DNA from: Octopus vulgaris | Lineage: Eukaryota | Assembly (NCBI GenBank): GCA_951406725.2 | Contig: OX597827.1 | Location: forward strand, 42,966,001-43,030,000 | DNA length: 64,000 bases | Reading direction: 5' to 3' | Shown: positions 14,751 through 27,959 of the stretch, piece after piece | Layout of the letters: each line of letters opens with the position of its first letter | Position numbering within the stretch: position 1 is the stretch's first letter | Notes under the pieces: model-generated | Database searches by the model: none | Told to the model about the DNA's origin: nothing | Seen by the model: only the letters and a program-made list of their open reading frames with translations | Translations under genes and position numbers: made by a program

Positions 14751-14979
14751 ACAGTAAGGAGACCGAGAACTTCGTGAGCGAGCGCCTATATCTCAAGCGC
14801 CAGCAAATGGCCCCTAAAATGTTCAATGCCATTTACTGCATACTTTCTTCCAAAGCCATTACTTCAATGCCACTTACTTCATACTTTCTTCCAAAGACAT
14901 GCTTTAACAAAAGCTAAGGAGTTGCTCATACAACTGGTTATATTGGATTCCTTATTATCTGTAGCATATAAGTACATAC

Positions 14980-15029
<50 letters not shown>

Positions 15030-15494
15030 TCTTGATTCTTTTACTTGTTTAGTAGAAGCCACTTGCCCAAAATGCCACGCAGTGGGTGTGAACCCGGAAC
15101 CATGTGGTTCGTAAGCAAGCAACTTACCACACACAGCCACTCCTGCGCCTATTCATCTATCTACAACATATAATATTATATGTTTGTTATACGCAAGTAT
15201 ACGCACGCATGTATGTACATATATGCGCATACATATGAGTACATACATGTATATATATATATATAATAGAAATATTAAAATAACTAAGTCTCTCTAAAAG
15301 AGAACAGCGGCAGCGTTCCCGGAAAATAATAGTTATCGCCATACTAATATGGCATTCTTATAAAAATAAGAAAAAAGCTGTCCGCTTATTAGCTCCATGA
15401 GGCCATCGCCTTAAGTTAGCTATTTGATACACAAACTGTATTCATATAACCTTCGAACAAGGGAGGTCAGTCGCTCCACACTACTTGACCGGCA

Positions 15495-15536
15495 GCTACA
15501 GACGCGTTTCGGGGTATTGCCCCTTTTCAATGCAGC
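15495..15536 (-). ncRNA. type I hammerhead ribozyme (U3-A8 variant), inverted copy
   Basis: Reverse complement of the motif at 16291-16332, GUC site intact. Confidence 0.8.
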
Positions 15537-15561
15537 GTAGCCAGCCAGTAGGTGTCGCTTC

Positions 15562-16255
15562 CTAAATCTTTATTATGATTATAAAAATCTTACAGAGATA
15601 GTACATTACAATACAAAACATAATTACAAAAAGTTTACGTTGTTCGTTTGATATTTACATATGTTGATTATTGATTATGATACTAGACTTTACTTTTCTC
15701 CTTTTTTTTTAAAATTAAAAATGATTTTGGCCAGCTAGGTATATCACAGTCAGGATTCTTACCCGACAGCCTAAGAGCCCAGAGACTATTTTCTCCCTTC
15801 ATGATGACCAAGCAGGGTTACTCACACCCACCTTTTTTATCACATCCTTCCATCGATTCACATACTTTTTCTGTGTCAGGTTCCTCTTCTCTAAATCCAT
15901 CTTGCTCTTTAGATGGTATCTGAAGTATTTTAACATACCATATCCAGAGATAAAGGTTCCTGACACCAAACCTTCCAATCTAGTTCTCCACACACACTCT
16001 TTCAGTACTGCCACCGTACAGTGAAAACAAGCCTCACCTTCCTTTGAGAGTCCAGCTGGCGGTATCATCTTTATTATAGAACCAGCCGATAGCTGTACTC
16101 GTCCCAGATGCGACAACACGTGTTCTACGTAACTTATTAAGCCTGACAGCTCCTGACAATGTACAAAAGCGTGCTGGACGGTTTCATCATCCAACCCACA
16201 TCTTGGACATGTCGGTGGCACTGACATTCCATGCCTATATAACTTATCGCGAACA
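15562..16255 (-). mobile_element. 3' fragment of L1/Tx1-clade LINE ORF2 plus 3' UTR
   Basis: ORF 15799-16255: VRDKLYRHG...CPRCGLDDETVQHAFVHC (C-terminal CCHC/zf-RVT-like), ...VWRTR...RW; AATAAA on minus strand near 15570. Confidence 0.85.
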
Positions 16256-16275
16256 GAGATTGTCGGAAGCGACAC

Positions 16276-16346
16276 CTACTGGCTGGCTACGCTGCATTGA
16301 AAAGGGGCAATACCCCGAAACGCGTCTGTAGCTGCCGGTCAAGTAG
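16276..16346 (+). ncRNA. type I hammerhead ribozyme (U3-A8 variant) with extended stem I
   Basis: GCUGCA-UUGAAAA-GGGG(CAAUA)CCCC-GAAA-CGCG-UC-UGUAGC; distal stem I UGGCUGGC/GCCGGUCA and CUAC/GUAG. Confidence 0.85.
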
Positions 16347-16637
16347 TGTGGAGCGACTGACCTCCCTTGTTCGAAGGTTATATGGATACAGTTTGTGTAT
16401 CAAATAGCTAACTTAAGGCGATGGCCTCATGGAGCTAATAAGCGGACAGCTTTTTTCTTATTTTTATAAGAATGCCATATTAGTATGGCGATAACTATTA
16501 TTTTCCGGGAAAGCTGCCGCTGTTCTCTTTTAGAGAGACTTAGTTATTTTAATATTTCTATTATTGAAAACAAGTGGACGTATTCCACCGAAACTAGGTA
16601 AATAAAACCATCGAACAGAGATTGTCGGAAGCGACAC

Positions 16638-16708
16638 CTACTGGCTGGCTACGCTGCATTGAAAAGGGGCAATACCCCGAAACGCATCTGTAGCTGCCGG
16701 TCAAGTAG
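16638..16708 (+). ncRNA. type I hammerhead, tandem copy 2 (stem III CGCA, AUC site)
   Basis: Same as copy 1 except GAAACGCATC. Confidence 0.75.
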
Positions 16709-16999
16709 TGTGGAGCGACTGACCTCCCTTGTTCGAAGGTTATATGGATACAGTTTGTGTATCAAATAGCTAACTTAAGGCGATGGCCTCATGGAGCTAA
16801 TAAGCGGACAGCTTTTTTCTTATTTTTATAAGAATGCCATATTAGTATGGCGATAACTATTATTTTCCGGGAAAGCTGCCGCTGTTCTCTTTTAGAGAGA
16901 CTTAGTTATTTTAATATTTCTATTATTGAAAACAAGTGGACGTATTCCACCGAAACTAGGTAAATAAAACCATCGAACAGAGATTGTCGGAAGCGACAC

Positions 17000-17070
17000 C
17001 TACTGGCTGGCTACGCTGCATTGAAAAGGGGCAATACCCCGAAACGCATCTGTAGCTGCCGGTCAAGTAG
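17000..17070 (+). ncRNA. type I hammerhead, tandem copy 3 (stem III CGCA, AUC site)
   Basis: Same as copy 2. Confidence 0.75.
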
Positions 17071-17215
17071 TGTGGAGCGACTGACCTCCCTTGTTCGAAG
17101 GTTATATGGATACAGTTTGTGTATCAAATAGCTAACTTAAGGCGATGGCCTCATGGAGCTAATAAGCGGACAGCTTTTTTCTTATTTTTATAAGAATGCC
17201 ATATTAGTATGGCGA

Positions 17216-17331
<116 letters not shown>

Positions 17332-17400
17332 CATATATATATATACATATGTATATATATATACATACATATAAATATATATACATACATACATACGTAC

Positions 17401-17447
<47 letters not shown>

Positions 17448-17894
17448 CATATAAATATATATACATACATACATATAAATATATATACATACATACATAT
17501 AAATATATATACATACATATATACATACATATATATATCCATACATACATGTGTGTGTGTGTGAACAATAAGTGTATTTGTTTAAGTGTGTGCGATCATT
17601 CGTGCGAAAGACCTCCCTGCTGTGCTTTATCAGCCATTTGTTTTCTTTGTCAAACGTGTTTATATATATTAAAAAAAAAATTAGAAGAGGAAAAAAGAAT
17701 ATAGTTAACACCAGCGACAATTAAAAAAAAATACAAAAAAGAAAAAATTTTTAACACCAACGACAATTGTAATTTTAAAATTTTCTTCATAACTTCCACA
17801 TGGGTATCATAAACACAAGGCAATACGATATTATTACAGACATTGTTTCGAAGCGGATATAATTGTATTTATGCATGTATATATATATTTCTTG

Positions 17895-18287
17895 GTAGCA
17901 CTCCGTCGGTTACGACGACGAGGGTTCCGGTTGATCCGAATCAACGGAACAGCCTGCTCGTGAAAGTAACGTGTAAGTGGCTGAGCACTCCACAGACACG
18001 TGTATCCTTAACGTAGTTCTCGGGGATATTCAGCGTGACACAGAGAGTGTCCTTTGAAATACAGGCCGGCCCTTTGAAATACAGGTACAACAGAAACAGG
18101 AAGTAAGAGTGAGAGAAAGTTGTGGTGAAAGAGTACAGCAGGGATCACCACCTTCCCCTGCCGGAGTCTCGTGGAGCTTTAGGTGCTTTCGCTCAATAAA
18201 CACTCACAACGCCCGGTCTGGGAATCGAAAGCGCGATCCTATGACCGCGAGTCCGCTGCCCTAACCACTGGGCCATTGCGCCTCCAC
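17895..18287 (-). mobile_element. tRNA-derived SINE family C (long-tail variant)
   Basis: Minus-strand head TGGAGGCGCAATGGCCCAGTGGTTAGGGCAGCGGACTCGCGG. Confidence 0.85.
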
Positions 18288-18356
<69 letters not shown>

Positions 18357-18395
18357 ATATGTATATATATATATATATAAATATATATATATATG

Positions 18396-18473
<78 letters not shown>

Positions 18474-18924
18474 TATGTGTCTATGTACGCATCTATGTCG
18501 GAATGTGTGTATGTGTGCATGTATATAGGTAGGTAATGAATGTATGTATATGTGAATGTCTGTATGTATGGTGAGTGTGAACATATGTGGTTATGGCTGT
18601 AATAGGTATGTATTGTGTGTGCGGATATACAGTTTGGGCCAAAAGTCACCCGACAGTAAATCAAAATTCCATAAATACTTAATATTCAATTTTATTTATT
18701 CATTCCAATTATGAATGGTTAATAATTGAATGCTGTGAGTTAAAAATCACCGTTTTTCCTTCTTTTTTTCTTTTTTTTTTTTCAACGGTTTATTAGCGAA
18801 GTCTCATTTAAAATAATTTTTTGTTTTAATCGAGGGTCTTTGATTTATTGTCAGGTGACTTTTGGCCATCACTGTATATGCATATATTACGTACGTATGT
18901 ACGTGTGTGTGAGTGTGTGTGTGT

Positions 18925-18997
18925 GGTCTCATATTGTAGTGGTTATCACATCTGCATAACACCCAGAATGTCGTGAGTTCGGAACCACCTGGAACCT
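18925..18997 (+). pseudogene. tRNA-Val pseudogene / retrocopy (Val-TAC-like body, AAC at anticodon position)
   Basis: GGTCTCATATTGTAGTGGTTATCACATCTGCATAACACCCAGAATGTCGTGAGTTCGGAACCACCTGGAACCT, 73 nt, matches metazoan tRNA-Val body; acceptor, anticodon and T stems have mismatches. Confidence 0.8.
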
Positions 18998-19109
18998 AGT
19001 CCACTGTTTTCCATGGCGGTGCCCCAGCATGGCCGCAGTCAAATGACTGAAACAAGTAAACTAATTTATATATGTATATAAATTTTTACGTATTTCAGTG
19101 ATTAGGTTT

Positions 19110-19870
19110 CTTTAAGGATGAGGAACAAAACACCTGTTTCCAGAGGTGAATAATTCAAATCCCAAAGAAACCCTCTCAACACATGGCTATGATGCTCTCC
19201 CACTACTTCTGCGCGTGATCAGAAATGCACATATCGTCAGCCACTAAGGGACATACTCAACTGGTTATGGTCAAACAACTGACAAGCAAATCTGTGACAT
19301 TGAGTAGAATATTTGCTGTAGCCTATCTTTTATACCAAGGCAAAACAATGTACACGATAACATTTCCAATCAGTTAAGATCAGAAGCCACGCATCAGGGC
19401 ATATTATTATTATTATTATTATTGAGTGAGAGAGCAGTTCATGCCATCAAAGTGACACTGGGGTAAAATATACGAAGCCCAATATACCCATCATGACTAC
19501 CCGTCTGATAAGGGTACACCAGGCACATGCATCACAACCATATGTGCGCGACATGGTGATCTCATATCAAGATAAACAGCACATGACCTTGCAGGTGGGG
19601 CCCAGTTAGAATTTTCTTCAGGTTGAGTAGCCCATCCCGCTCAAACGGTCCCTGAATAAGGGTTGTTTAAGGATGTTGAAAAAACCACCCATGTTTCCAG
19701 AGGTGAATTATTCAAACCCCAAAGAATCCCTCTCAACACATGGCTATGATGCTCCCCCACTACTTCTGCTCGTGATCAGAGATGCACATATCGTCAGCCA
19801 CTAAAGGACATGCTCAACTGGTTACGGTCAAACAACTGACAAGCAAATCTGTGGTATTATTATTATTATT
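19110..19870. repeat. two overlapping-homology copies of an unclassified interspersed repeat, each ending at (TTA)n
   Basis: CCAGAGGTGAATWATTCAAA...GCACATATCGTCAGCCACTAA at about 19140-19310 and 19696-19856. Confidence 0.7.
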
Positions 19871-20374
19871 TTGATCCCGTACAAAAGCAAAACTGATCTC
19901 GGTGGATTTGAACCCAGATTTGAGCGCAGGGAGCCGGTCCACATATCACAAGGTATTTCATCCGGTACGTATGAATCTACTTAATTTCGTTGCCCGCCAA
20001 TTACAAATTTGCTTGGAATTGCATTATGCAACACAAAGTAGGAAATAAATATCTTAAATTAAGAAAATTCCTGCAGAAGTTTGCTTCCTAAGAATGTGAC
20101 TGTGAGTTTAGTCTCACTGCGTGGCACCTTGGGCAAGCGTCTCCTATTAGAAATTGCGCTGACCGAAGCCTTATTAGTGGGTTTCGTAGACAGAAACTAA
20201 ATAAAGCCCATCGTGTATGTGTGTATGTGTGTGCCTCTGTGTGTGCGCGCGTGCGCGCGTATGCGTGTGTGTGAGTATATCTTAGTGGTTGCGTGCTACC
20301 ACCAATTGACAACCAATGCTTATTTGTTTACGTTCCCGCAATGTAGGGGTTCAGCAAAACAGATCGATTTAGGC

Positions 20375-20405
<31 letters not shown>

Positions 20406-20479
20406 CATACATACTTATATATATATATACATATATATATACATATATAATATATATAATATATAGATATATGCATATA

Positions 20480-20665
20480 TACATACATGTACATACCTGC
20501 ATATATATGTATATATACATGCATATATGTGTACAGGACATAAAAAAAACGTTGAACACAATGAGAAACGAAAACATAAAGACAAAACAGAGAAGCGAGA
20601 CAACAACATAATGAATATTCCCCTTCTTCAGTTGTCCCTGTTTCATCTACTGCGCGTTTCGAAGA
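20480..20665 (-). mobile_element. truncated copy of structured repeat family 2
   Basis: Minus strand CTTC-GAAA-CGCG...GGGACAA-CTGAAGA-AGGGG. Confidence 0.75.
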
Positions 20666-20678
20666 CATACATACATAC

Positions 20679-20751
<73 letters not shown>

Positions 20752-20754
<3 letters not shown>

Positions 20755-21150
20755 AAAGAAAAGGAAAAAATGGAACAAGGACGTGACAGGCGACAACAGA
20801 ACATCCGTACAGTTAGACGATACAAAAAAAGGACAGGGACAGGAAAAGACGAGGATGTATCATTTGGAGCTTCTTATCCTTAGCTGAGTTCCAGTTCGTC
20901 TTTGCAGTTTCGGCCGGTTACACTCGAGACTACTCCAATCTGGCAGGCCCCAAGAAAATCAAGCACTAGATTCTTGAAAGAAAGCAAGCGAATGTATACG
21001 AATACAAAGACGAAAAAGAAAAAAAGCCGTAGAAATGATACAAAGTTACAAATACGATAAAAGTACATGCTCCCAAACATACGGATATAGATTAAAAGTA
21101 CACTAATTCGAGTTCACACGAATTTACATATATGTAGGGACACAGTCACA
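20752..21150 (-). mobile_element. diverged copy of structured repeat family 1 (motif 20861-20994)
   Basis: Colinear with the 41.8-kb unit; paired segments show compensatory changes. Confidence 0.7.
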
Positions 21151-21570
21151 CGTGCTGAACTATACACTAATACACACACACACACACAACACACAAACAC
21201 ACATACATACACACACTCATACATACATACATACATACATACATACATACATACATACATACATACATACACACATTCATGCATGCATACATACATATAT
21301 ACATACATACATACATACATACATACATGCATACATACATACATACATACATACATACATACGTACATACATACATACATACATACATACATGCATACAT
21401 ACATACATACATACATACATACATACATACACACAACACACACACACGCGCAAGAATAGAAAATTTAAAACTCACACCTGCAATTATGTGTGTATGTGTG
21501 TGTCAGTTCTTGCAAGATGTGTTTGTGTCTGTGTATTATATATATATATATATATACATATGTACATGAA

Positions 21571-21618
<48 letters not shown>

Positions 21619-22078
21619 CATATGTACATGCATACATATATATGTATGTATGTATGTATATATATATATGCATAAATAAATGTGTGTGTGTGTGTATCTG
21701 TATGTGTGTGTGTGTATAGGTACAGAAAAGCCTATGTACACCGTTCCAAGGACGCATACCTATGCCATTGTTAGTTTTATCAATCTAGAGCTCGCACCGC
21801 CACCTCCACCGCCATCTCCTCCGCTGTCACTGCTTATATATATATCACGTGGTAATCTTAAACCGTGGTCACAGGTCTGCTGGAAATAACAGCCGATACT
21901 TCTCGATCGAAAATCACACGCTACTTAGTGAGGCGGTGGGAGGTGGTGGTGGTGGTGGGGGCGGGGGTGTCCCGGGGTTTTCGGCATGTATTGGGGAAGA
22001 AGGGCTGGCCGGTTTCTGGAATGCTATTTTATGCTTATTAATCGGACATGTGAGAAAAGCAGGTCTGAGCCGAGCTTG

Positions 22079-22115
<37 letters not shown>

Positions 22116-22161
22116 CTACCCGCCACATGTCAACTGCTACTACTGCTGCTACAGCTATAAA

Positions 22162-22247
<86 letters not shown>

Positions 22248-22259
22248 TTGCTACAACTA

Positions 22260-22294
<35 letters not shown>

Positions 22295-23011
22295 ACTGCT
22301 ACTGCGACGACGACGACCATTGCTACTACTGTGATTCGGCTGCTATTTCTAGCAGGTGGACCGTACGTATCGAATCACAATGAGGACACCTAAGCTCCTT
22401 AAAGAAGATAGAATCACACACATACACACACACACTACGTCCGTGTCGGAAATGTGTGTGTGTTTAAAGGAAGATGGTCATGGCTGGGACGCGTTCCGTC
22501 ATAGATCTGCTTAGCCAAAGCAGGCCGTCGGTGGCAGTGGCGGTAGCAGTGGTGGTGGCAGTGGTGGCGGCAGTGGTGGTGACAGTGACGGTGGAAATCG
22601 AGACAGTAGTGGCGGTGGCAGTAGTGGCTGCAGCAATAGTGGCGGCGGCAGTAGTGGCAGCAGTGGCGGCGGCAGTGGTAGCGGCAGTAGCGGCGGTAGT
22701 GACGGCTGCAACGGCGGTGGCAGGTGGAGGCTGTGTTGGTGGCGGCAGCCGCGGGTAAGACAGTGATGGTGATGCATATAAATTTTCATACAGCATATCT
22801 GAGGTCCGACCTTTTTCTGCCGGGTCCGCTAGGATGCTACTCATACACAACCATTCCATGTAATGGTCACAATATTCAGGTCATCTTGAAATGTTAGCCG
22901 CAGAGTGGTCTTCAGTCAAGCTCTCTCACGCCTGACGTCAGATGGTACCCAAATCGTCGCTCTTTTCGAGTACTGTTGATCGGCTAGACGGAAAATGTGA
23001 CCACACCTAAT

Positions 23012-23213
23012 AGGCGCAGGAGTGGCTGTGTGGTAAGTAGCTTGCTTACCAACCACTTGATTCCGAGTTCAGCCCCACTGCGTGGCACCTTGGGCTGTGT
23101 TGGTGGTGGCAGCCGCGGATAAGACAGTGATGGTGATGCATATAAATTGGTGATGCAAATCCTTGTGAGTGGATTTGGTAGACGGAAAATGAAAGAAGCC
23201 CGTTGTGTATATG

Positions 23214-23252
<39 letters not shown>

Positions 23253-23465
23253 ATACATTTGTGTGTCTGTATTTGTACCCCCCCCCCACACACACACACA
23301 CACAACATCGCTTGACAACCGATGCTGGTGTGTTTACGTCCCCGTAACTTGTCGGTTCAGCAAAAGAGACCGACAAAATAAGTACTAGGCTTACAAAGAA
23401 TAAGTCCTGGGTTCGATTTGCTCGACTTCAGCATGGCCACAGTCAAATGACTGAAACCAGTAAAA
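23012..23465 (+). mobile_element. SINE family A carrying a locally templated replacement
   Basis: Standard SINE with 23093-23160 replacing about 38 nt of the body. Confidence 0.9.
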
Positions 23466-23822
23466 ATAGAGAGCCATGAAGAATCGGTACTCTTCCATAA
23501 ATTCTTGCGTTAGTGTTAGCCTCGCTCTTCTCAAAATCCCGTCCGTAACATGGTCTCGCCGTTTGTCGCATGGTTTACATGCGAAACGTAACTTTCAGTG
23601 CTAACTCTAATTTCTACAGAAAATAAGTAGAGATAAGTTTTAAAAGTTAACTGAATCACACAGCTAACACAGATGGGTCACAATATTGGCTTATAAGCCT
23701 TTAATTTATTTGGTAGTATATCATGGTTGTATCACAAATTGCAGTTTTCCAACAAGCAGCCAATTTAGTTTTCTACCCATCCCTACAGTTCTCTTTCAAG
23801 TCCCGTTGGCATAGACAGCAAT

Positions 23823-24046
23823 ATATTTCTTTACTACCCACAAGGGGCTAAACACAGAGGGGACAGACAAAGGGATTAAGTCGATTACATCGACCCCAGT
23901 GCGTAACTGGTACTTAATTTATCGACCCCGAAAGGATGAAAGGCAAGTCGACCTTGGCGGAATTTGAACTCGGAACGCAACGACAGACGAAATACGGTTA
24001 CGAATTTCGCCCGGCGTGCCAACGTTTCTACCAGCTCGCCGCCTTA
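23823..24046 (-). mobile_element. tRNA-derived SINE family B
   Basis: GGCGGCGAGCTGG...GGTCGACTTGCCTTTCATCCTTTCGGGGTCGATAAATTAAGTACC; also at 27960-28192, 50021-50253 and as partial copies. Confidence 0.9.
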
Positions 24047-24089
24047 GCAATAGGCAGAACAATGGAGTTATACAGACGAAATTTCTCAT

Positions 24090-24620
24090 CAGTCTTGGTG
24101 TTCGAGGCTGCCCAGATGGGACGCGTACGCTGGGATAACGCTGTCGCTTTTCTAATACTGCAGTCTACTTTCTGGTTCCAGATCGCTAGTGCAGTTTACA
24201 ACACTGCCCAGATACATTAATTGGTTCACTTTGTCTGTGTTGTGTTGTGTTGTGTTGGTTGACCTTGATAGCTGCTTCTTGGTTCATGGTGTGGCCTACC
24301 TTTATCGCATACATCTTCGACGTACTGATTCTGAGCCCGATCTTCTCTGCATTTTATGACGGTAGTGTTGATAACTCTTACAGATCGTCACTATTTTCTG
24401 TTACCAGTGCGATGTCATCAGTGAGGTCAAGAGCTTTCAGCTTTGCTTGCCCTTTCCAAGGAATTCTATGGTCGGAACCACCCAACAGTCTTTCCTGGGA
24501 CACCGTCGGCAGCCAGCAGAAACACTAAAGAAGACAAACTGGAGCGTTGCCTGACTCTGGAGGCAATGCTGAGGAACTCCAGATTCAGTTCTTATGTAGC
24601 ATCTTGAGTTGTACAAGCTT
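24090..24620 (-). pseudogene. decayed non-LTR reverse transcriptase (RTE-like)
   Basis: Minus-strand translation pieces FLSIASRVRQRSSLSSLVF (GVRQG..LSP motif), LDLTDDIALV (YADD motif), AEKIGLRISTSK; stops and frameshifts. Confidence 0.7.
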
Positions 24621-26141
24621 TTGAAGATGTTCAGAAGGGCTGCATGATGGCATATGACATGACACTTTTCCAGAGGGATTTTTTACTTACAGTATTAAAG
24701 GCCTGGAAATCAATGATGTTGATTATTTGTGGATTCTGGTAATCAATGACGTTCTGCAGAATGAAGATTTGTTCTGTGCACAGAATCCACCGCTTGTCAC
24801 AGACTTCTCAGTAGCATTATGCAAATCACCATGCGCGGGACCGACAGTAGCGGGACGACTCTCCAGTTTTTGAAGTCTACAAAGTTTTCCCTTCTTCATT
24901 ACCTTATAGTAACCCTTTCTAATTATTACATCAACCCTAGAGCTGAACTGGTACTTATTTTATCGACATCAAAAAAAAAATGGAAAGCAAAGTCGACCTC
25001 GGCGCAATTTGAACTCAGACCGTAAAAAGCCAGAAGAAAGAAATGCCGATAAGCATTTTGTCCGACGCGCTAACAACAATATCCATAAGGAAAAAAAACA
25101 CTAAAAGTAAAGAAATGATTTTGGAAATGTAATGTAATCACTTTTATTTCTGGGCAAAGCATTGAACTGGATTCATTGATGAGATTCCAACTCAGGGACT
25201 TAAGTGTTTGGCGGAATACGGGCATCATTCCTTTAGTCACAACGGCTTCCAAGTCCGACATGGCCAAGGGTGATAGTAACTCTCTGAGACACAATTTGAG
25301 GGTCAGATGATTGGAGATGGTTGTGTGGTTAACCCTTTGCCTATCAAAAGTCTTTTGTCGTTTATCATTATTTTACTTGTTTCAGTCATTAGACTGCGGC
25401 CATGCTGGGGCACCACGTAAAAGAGTTTAGTCGAACAAATCGACCCTCTGCCCCTGATTTCATTTTAAGCCTGGTATTTATTCTATAGATCTCTTTTTTA
25501 GTCGAGCTGCTAAGTTACGGGGACATAAACAACCCGACACCGGTTATCAAGCGGTAGTGGGACACACACACACACACACACACACACATAGTTTAAAGAT
25601 CTAACAGAGGTAGAATCAACAACAGCAAAACTATTCCATCTAGTGAGAGACAAATATCAATTTAAATACACAACCGAAAGAGCTACTAATAGTTTCATAC
25701 TGTTATGATGCTTGAACAGGCATATTTATATAATTCGCCATGATTTTTCCACGCTTATTCTTATTCTCTTACTGCCCAGCGTCCTTGTTTTTAAAATATA
25801 TATAACGCACAAACAAAGCCTGACAAATCGCTTTTAGATACATGGTGTATTTTATAAATATGTCTGAGTTCTCAGTAGCATTATGCAAATCACCATGCCC
25901 GGGACAAACAGTAGCGGGACGACTCTCCAGTTTTTGAAGTCTACAAAGTTTCCCTTCTTCAGTACCTTATAGTAACCCTTTCTAATTTTTACATCATCCC
26001 CAGAGCTGAACTGGTACTCATTTTATCGACATCGAAAAATGAAAGGCAAAGTCGACCTTATAAATAAGTATCATACCATAAGAGCATGAAACTATAAGTA
26101 GCTCTTGCAGTCGTGTATTTAATTATATATATATATATATG

Positions 26142-26194
<53 letters not shown>

Positions 26195-26219
26195 GTATAT
26201 ATATATATATGTATGTATA

Positions 26220-26342
<123 letters not shown>

Positions 26343-26401
26343 TTACATATACATATATATATGCATATATATATGTGTATGGTGTATGTGTGTGTGTGCG
26401 T

Positions 26402-26678
26402 GTGGAGGCTCAATGGCCCAGTGGTTACGGCAGCGGACTCGCGGCCGTTGGATCGCGGTTTCGATTCCCAGACCGGGCATTGTGAGTGTTTATTGAGCGA
26501 AAACACCTAAAAAGCTCGACGAGGCTCCGGCAGGGGTTGGTGGCGATCCCTGTTGTACTCTTTAGCCACACAACTTTCTCTCACTCTTTCTTCTGTTGGC
26601 GTGCTCGCTTGAAGGCTAAAACAATGCAATGCGCATTGTGACCAGCGATGTGTAACAACATCTGATAGCCTGATCGGT

Positions 26679-26685
<7 letters not shown>
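26402..26685 (+). mobile_element. SINE family C
   Basis: Head plus tail ending GGTCACGTGA before (TA)n. Confidence 0.9.
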
Positions 26686-26738
<53 letters not shown>

Positions 26739-26875
26739 GTGTGTGTGTGTGTGTGTACAAATAATTTGGTTATGAACTGCAGTTAGCTTTATAAAGATCG
26801 TTCACGGGTTTTGACTCCCAGATGCAATTTCACAACAAAAACTGATGGTGTTTATGAAGAAATATCTAGAAATCC

Positions 26876-27262
26876 AGGCGCAGGAGTGGCTGTGTGGTAA
26901 GTAGCTTGCTAACCAACCACATGGTTGCGGGTTCAGTCCCACTGCGTGGCATCTTGGGCAAGTGTCTTCTGCTATAGCCCCGGGCCGACCAATACCTTGT
27001 GAGTGGATTTGGTAGACGGAAACTGAAAGAAGCCTGTCGTATATATGTATATATATATATATGTGTGTGTCTGTGTTTGTCCCCCTAGCATTGCTTGGCA
27101 ACCGATGCTGGTGTGTTTATGTCCCCGTCAACTAGCGGTTCGGCAAAAAGAGACCGATAGAATAAGTACTGGGCTTACAAAGAATAAGTCCCGGGGTCGA
27201 GTTGCTAGACTAAAGGCGGTGCTCCAGCATGGCCGCAGTCAAATGACTGAAACAAGTAAAAA
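26876..27262 (+). mobile_element. SINE family A
   Basis: Full-length copy. Confidence 0.9.
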
Positions 27263-27959
27263 AAAAATATATCTTTAGCGTGTAGATAAAAACTAGGTCA
27301 ACAAGACAGAGTGAGCTGAGCAAACATGCTTTATTGCTTTATACAACAACTGTTACATTATGATAATTACCGAAATATATAAGAATTACGTTAAATTTAT
27401 TACATAGCAATCAGCATTATTTCGGGAACACTGGCGAATGAAGGCGCCTTAGGTACGAATATGAGATATTTGTATTATCTGCTGGTCAAGAGATGATGAA
27501 ACGATTGTAGTATTATGCAACCTAATATATTATATATATGCATGTGTGTGTGTGTGTCTGTGTATGTGTGTGTGTGTGTTTCTGCGTGTGTCTGTGTGTG
27601 TGTTTGAGTCTGTGTCTGTCAGTGTGTGTGTGTTTGTGTGTGTGTCTGTGTGTGTGTCTGTGTGTGTGTATGTCTGTGTGTGTGTGTTTGTGTGTGTGTG
27701 TCTGTGTCTGTGTCTGTGTTTGTTTGTGTGTGTGTGTCTGTGTGCGTGTGTTTGTGTCAGTGTGCGTCTGTGTCTGTGTGTGTCCGTGTGTGTGTCTGTG
27801 TGTGTATGTGTGCATGTCTGTATAAGTATATGTGTGTGTGTGCGTGTGTGTTTGTGTGTGCACGACTGGATCACAATGCAGTTTCCGTCTACCAAATCCA
27901 CTCGCAAGGCTTTGGTTGGCACGGGATTATAACAGACAATACGCCAAGTTCCCACATAT

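Noticed and set aside
18925-18997. Functional tRNA-Val gene
   Set aside because: Multiple stem mismatches, damaged B box and fusion to a SINE tail; kept as a pseudogene
25680-26105. Hammerhead-like GAAACTAT(T/A)AGTAGCTC motifs in inverted orientation (about 25681-25725 minus, 26077-26105 plus)
   Set aside because: Core is degenerate (CTGTTCA) or missing and stems I and II do not pair; at most decayed relics
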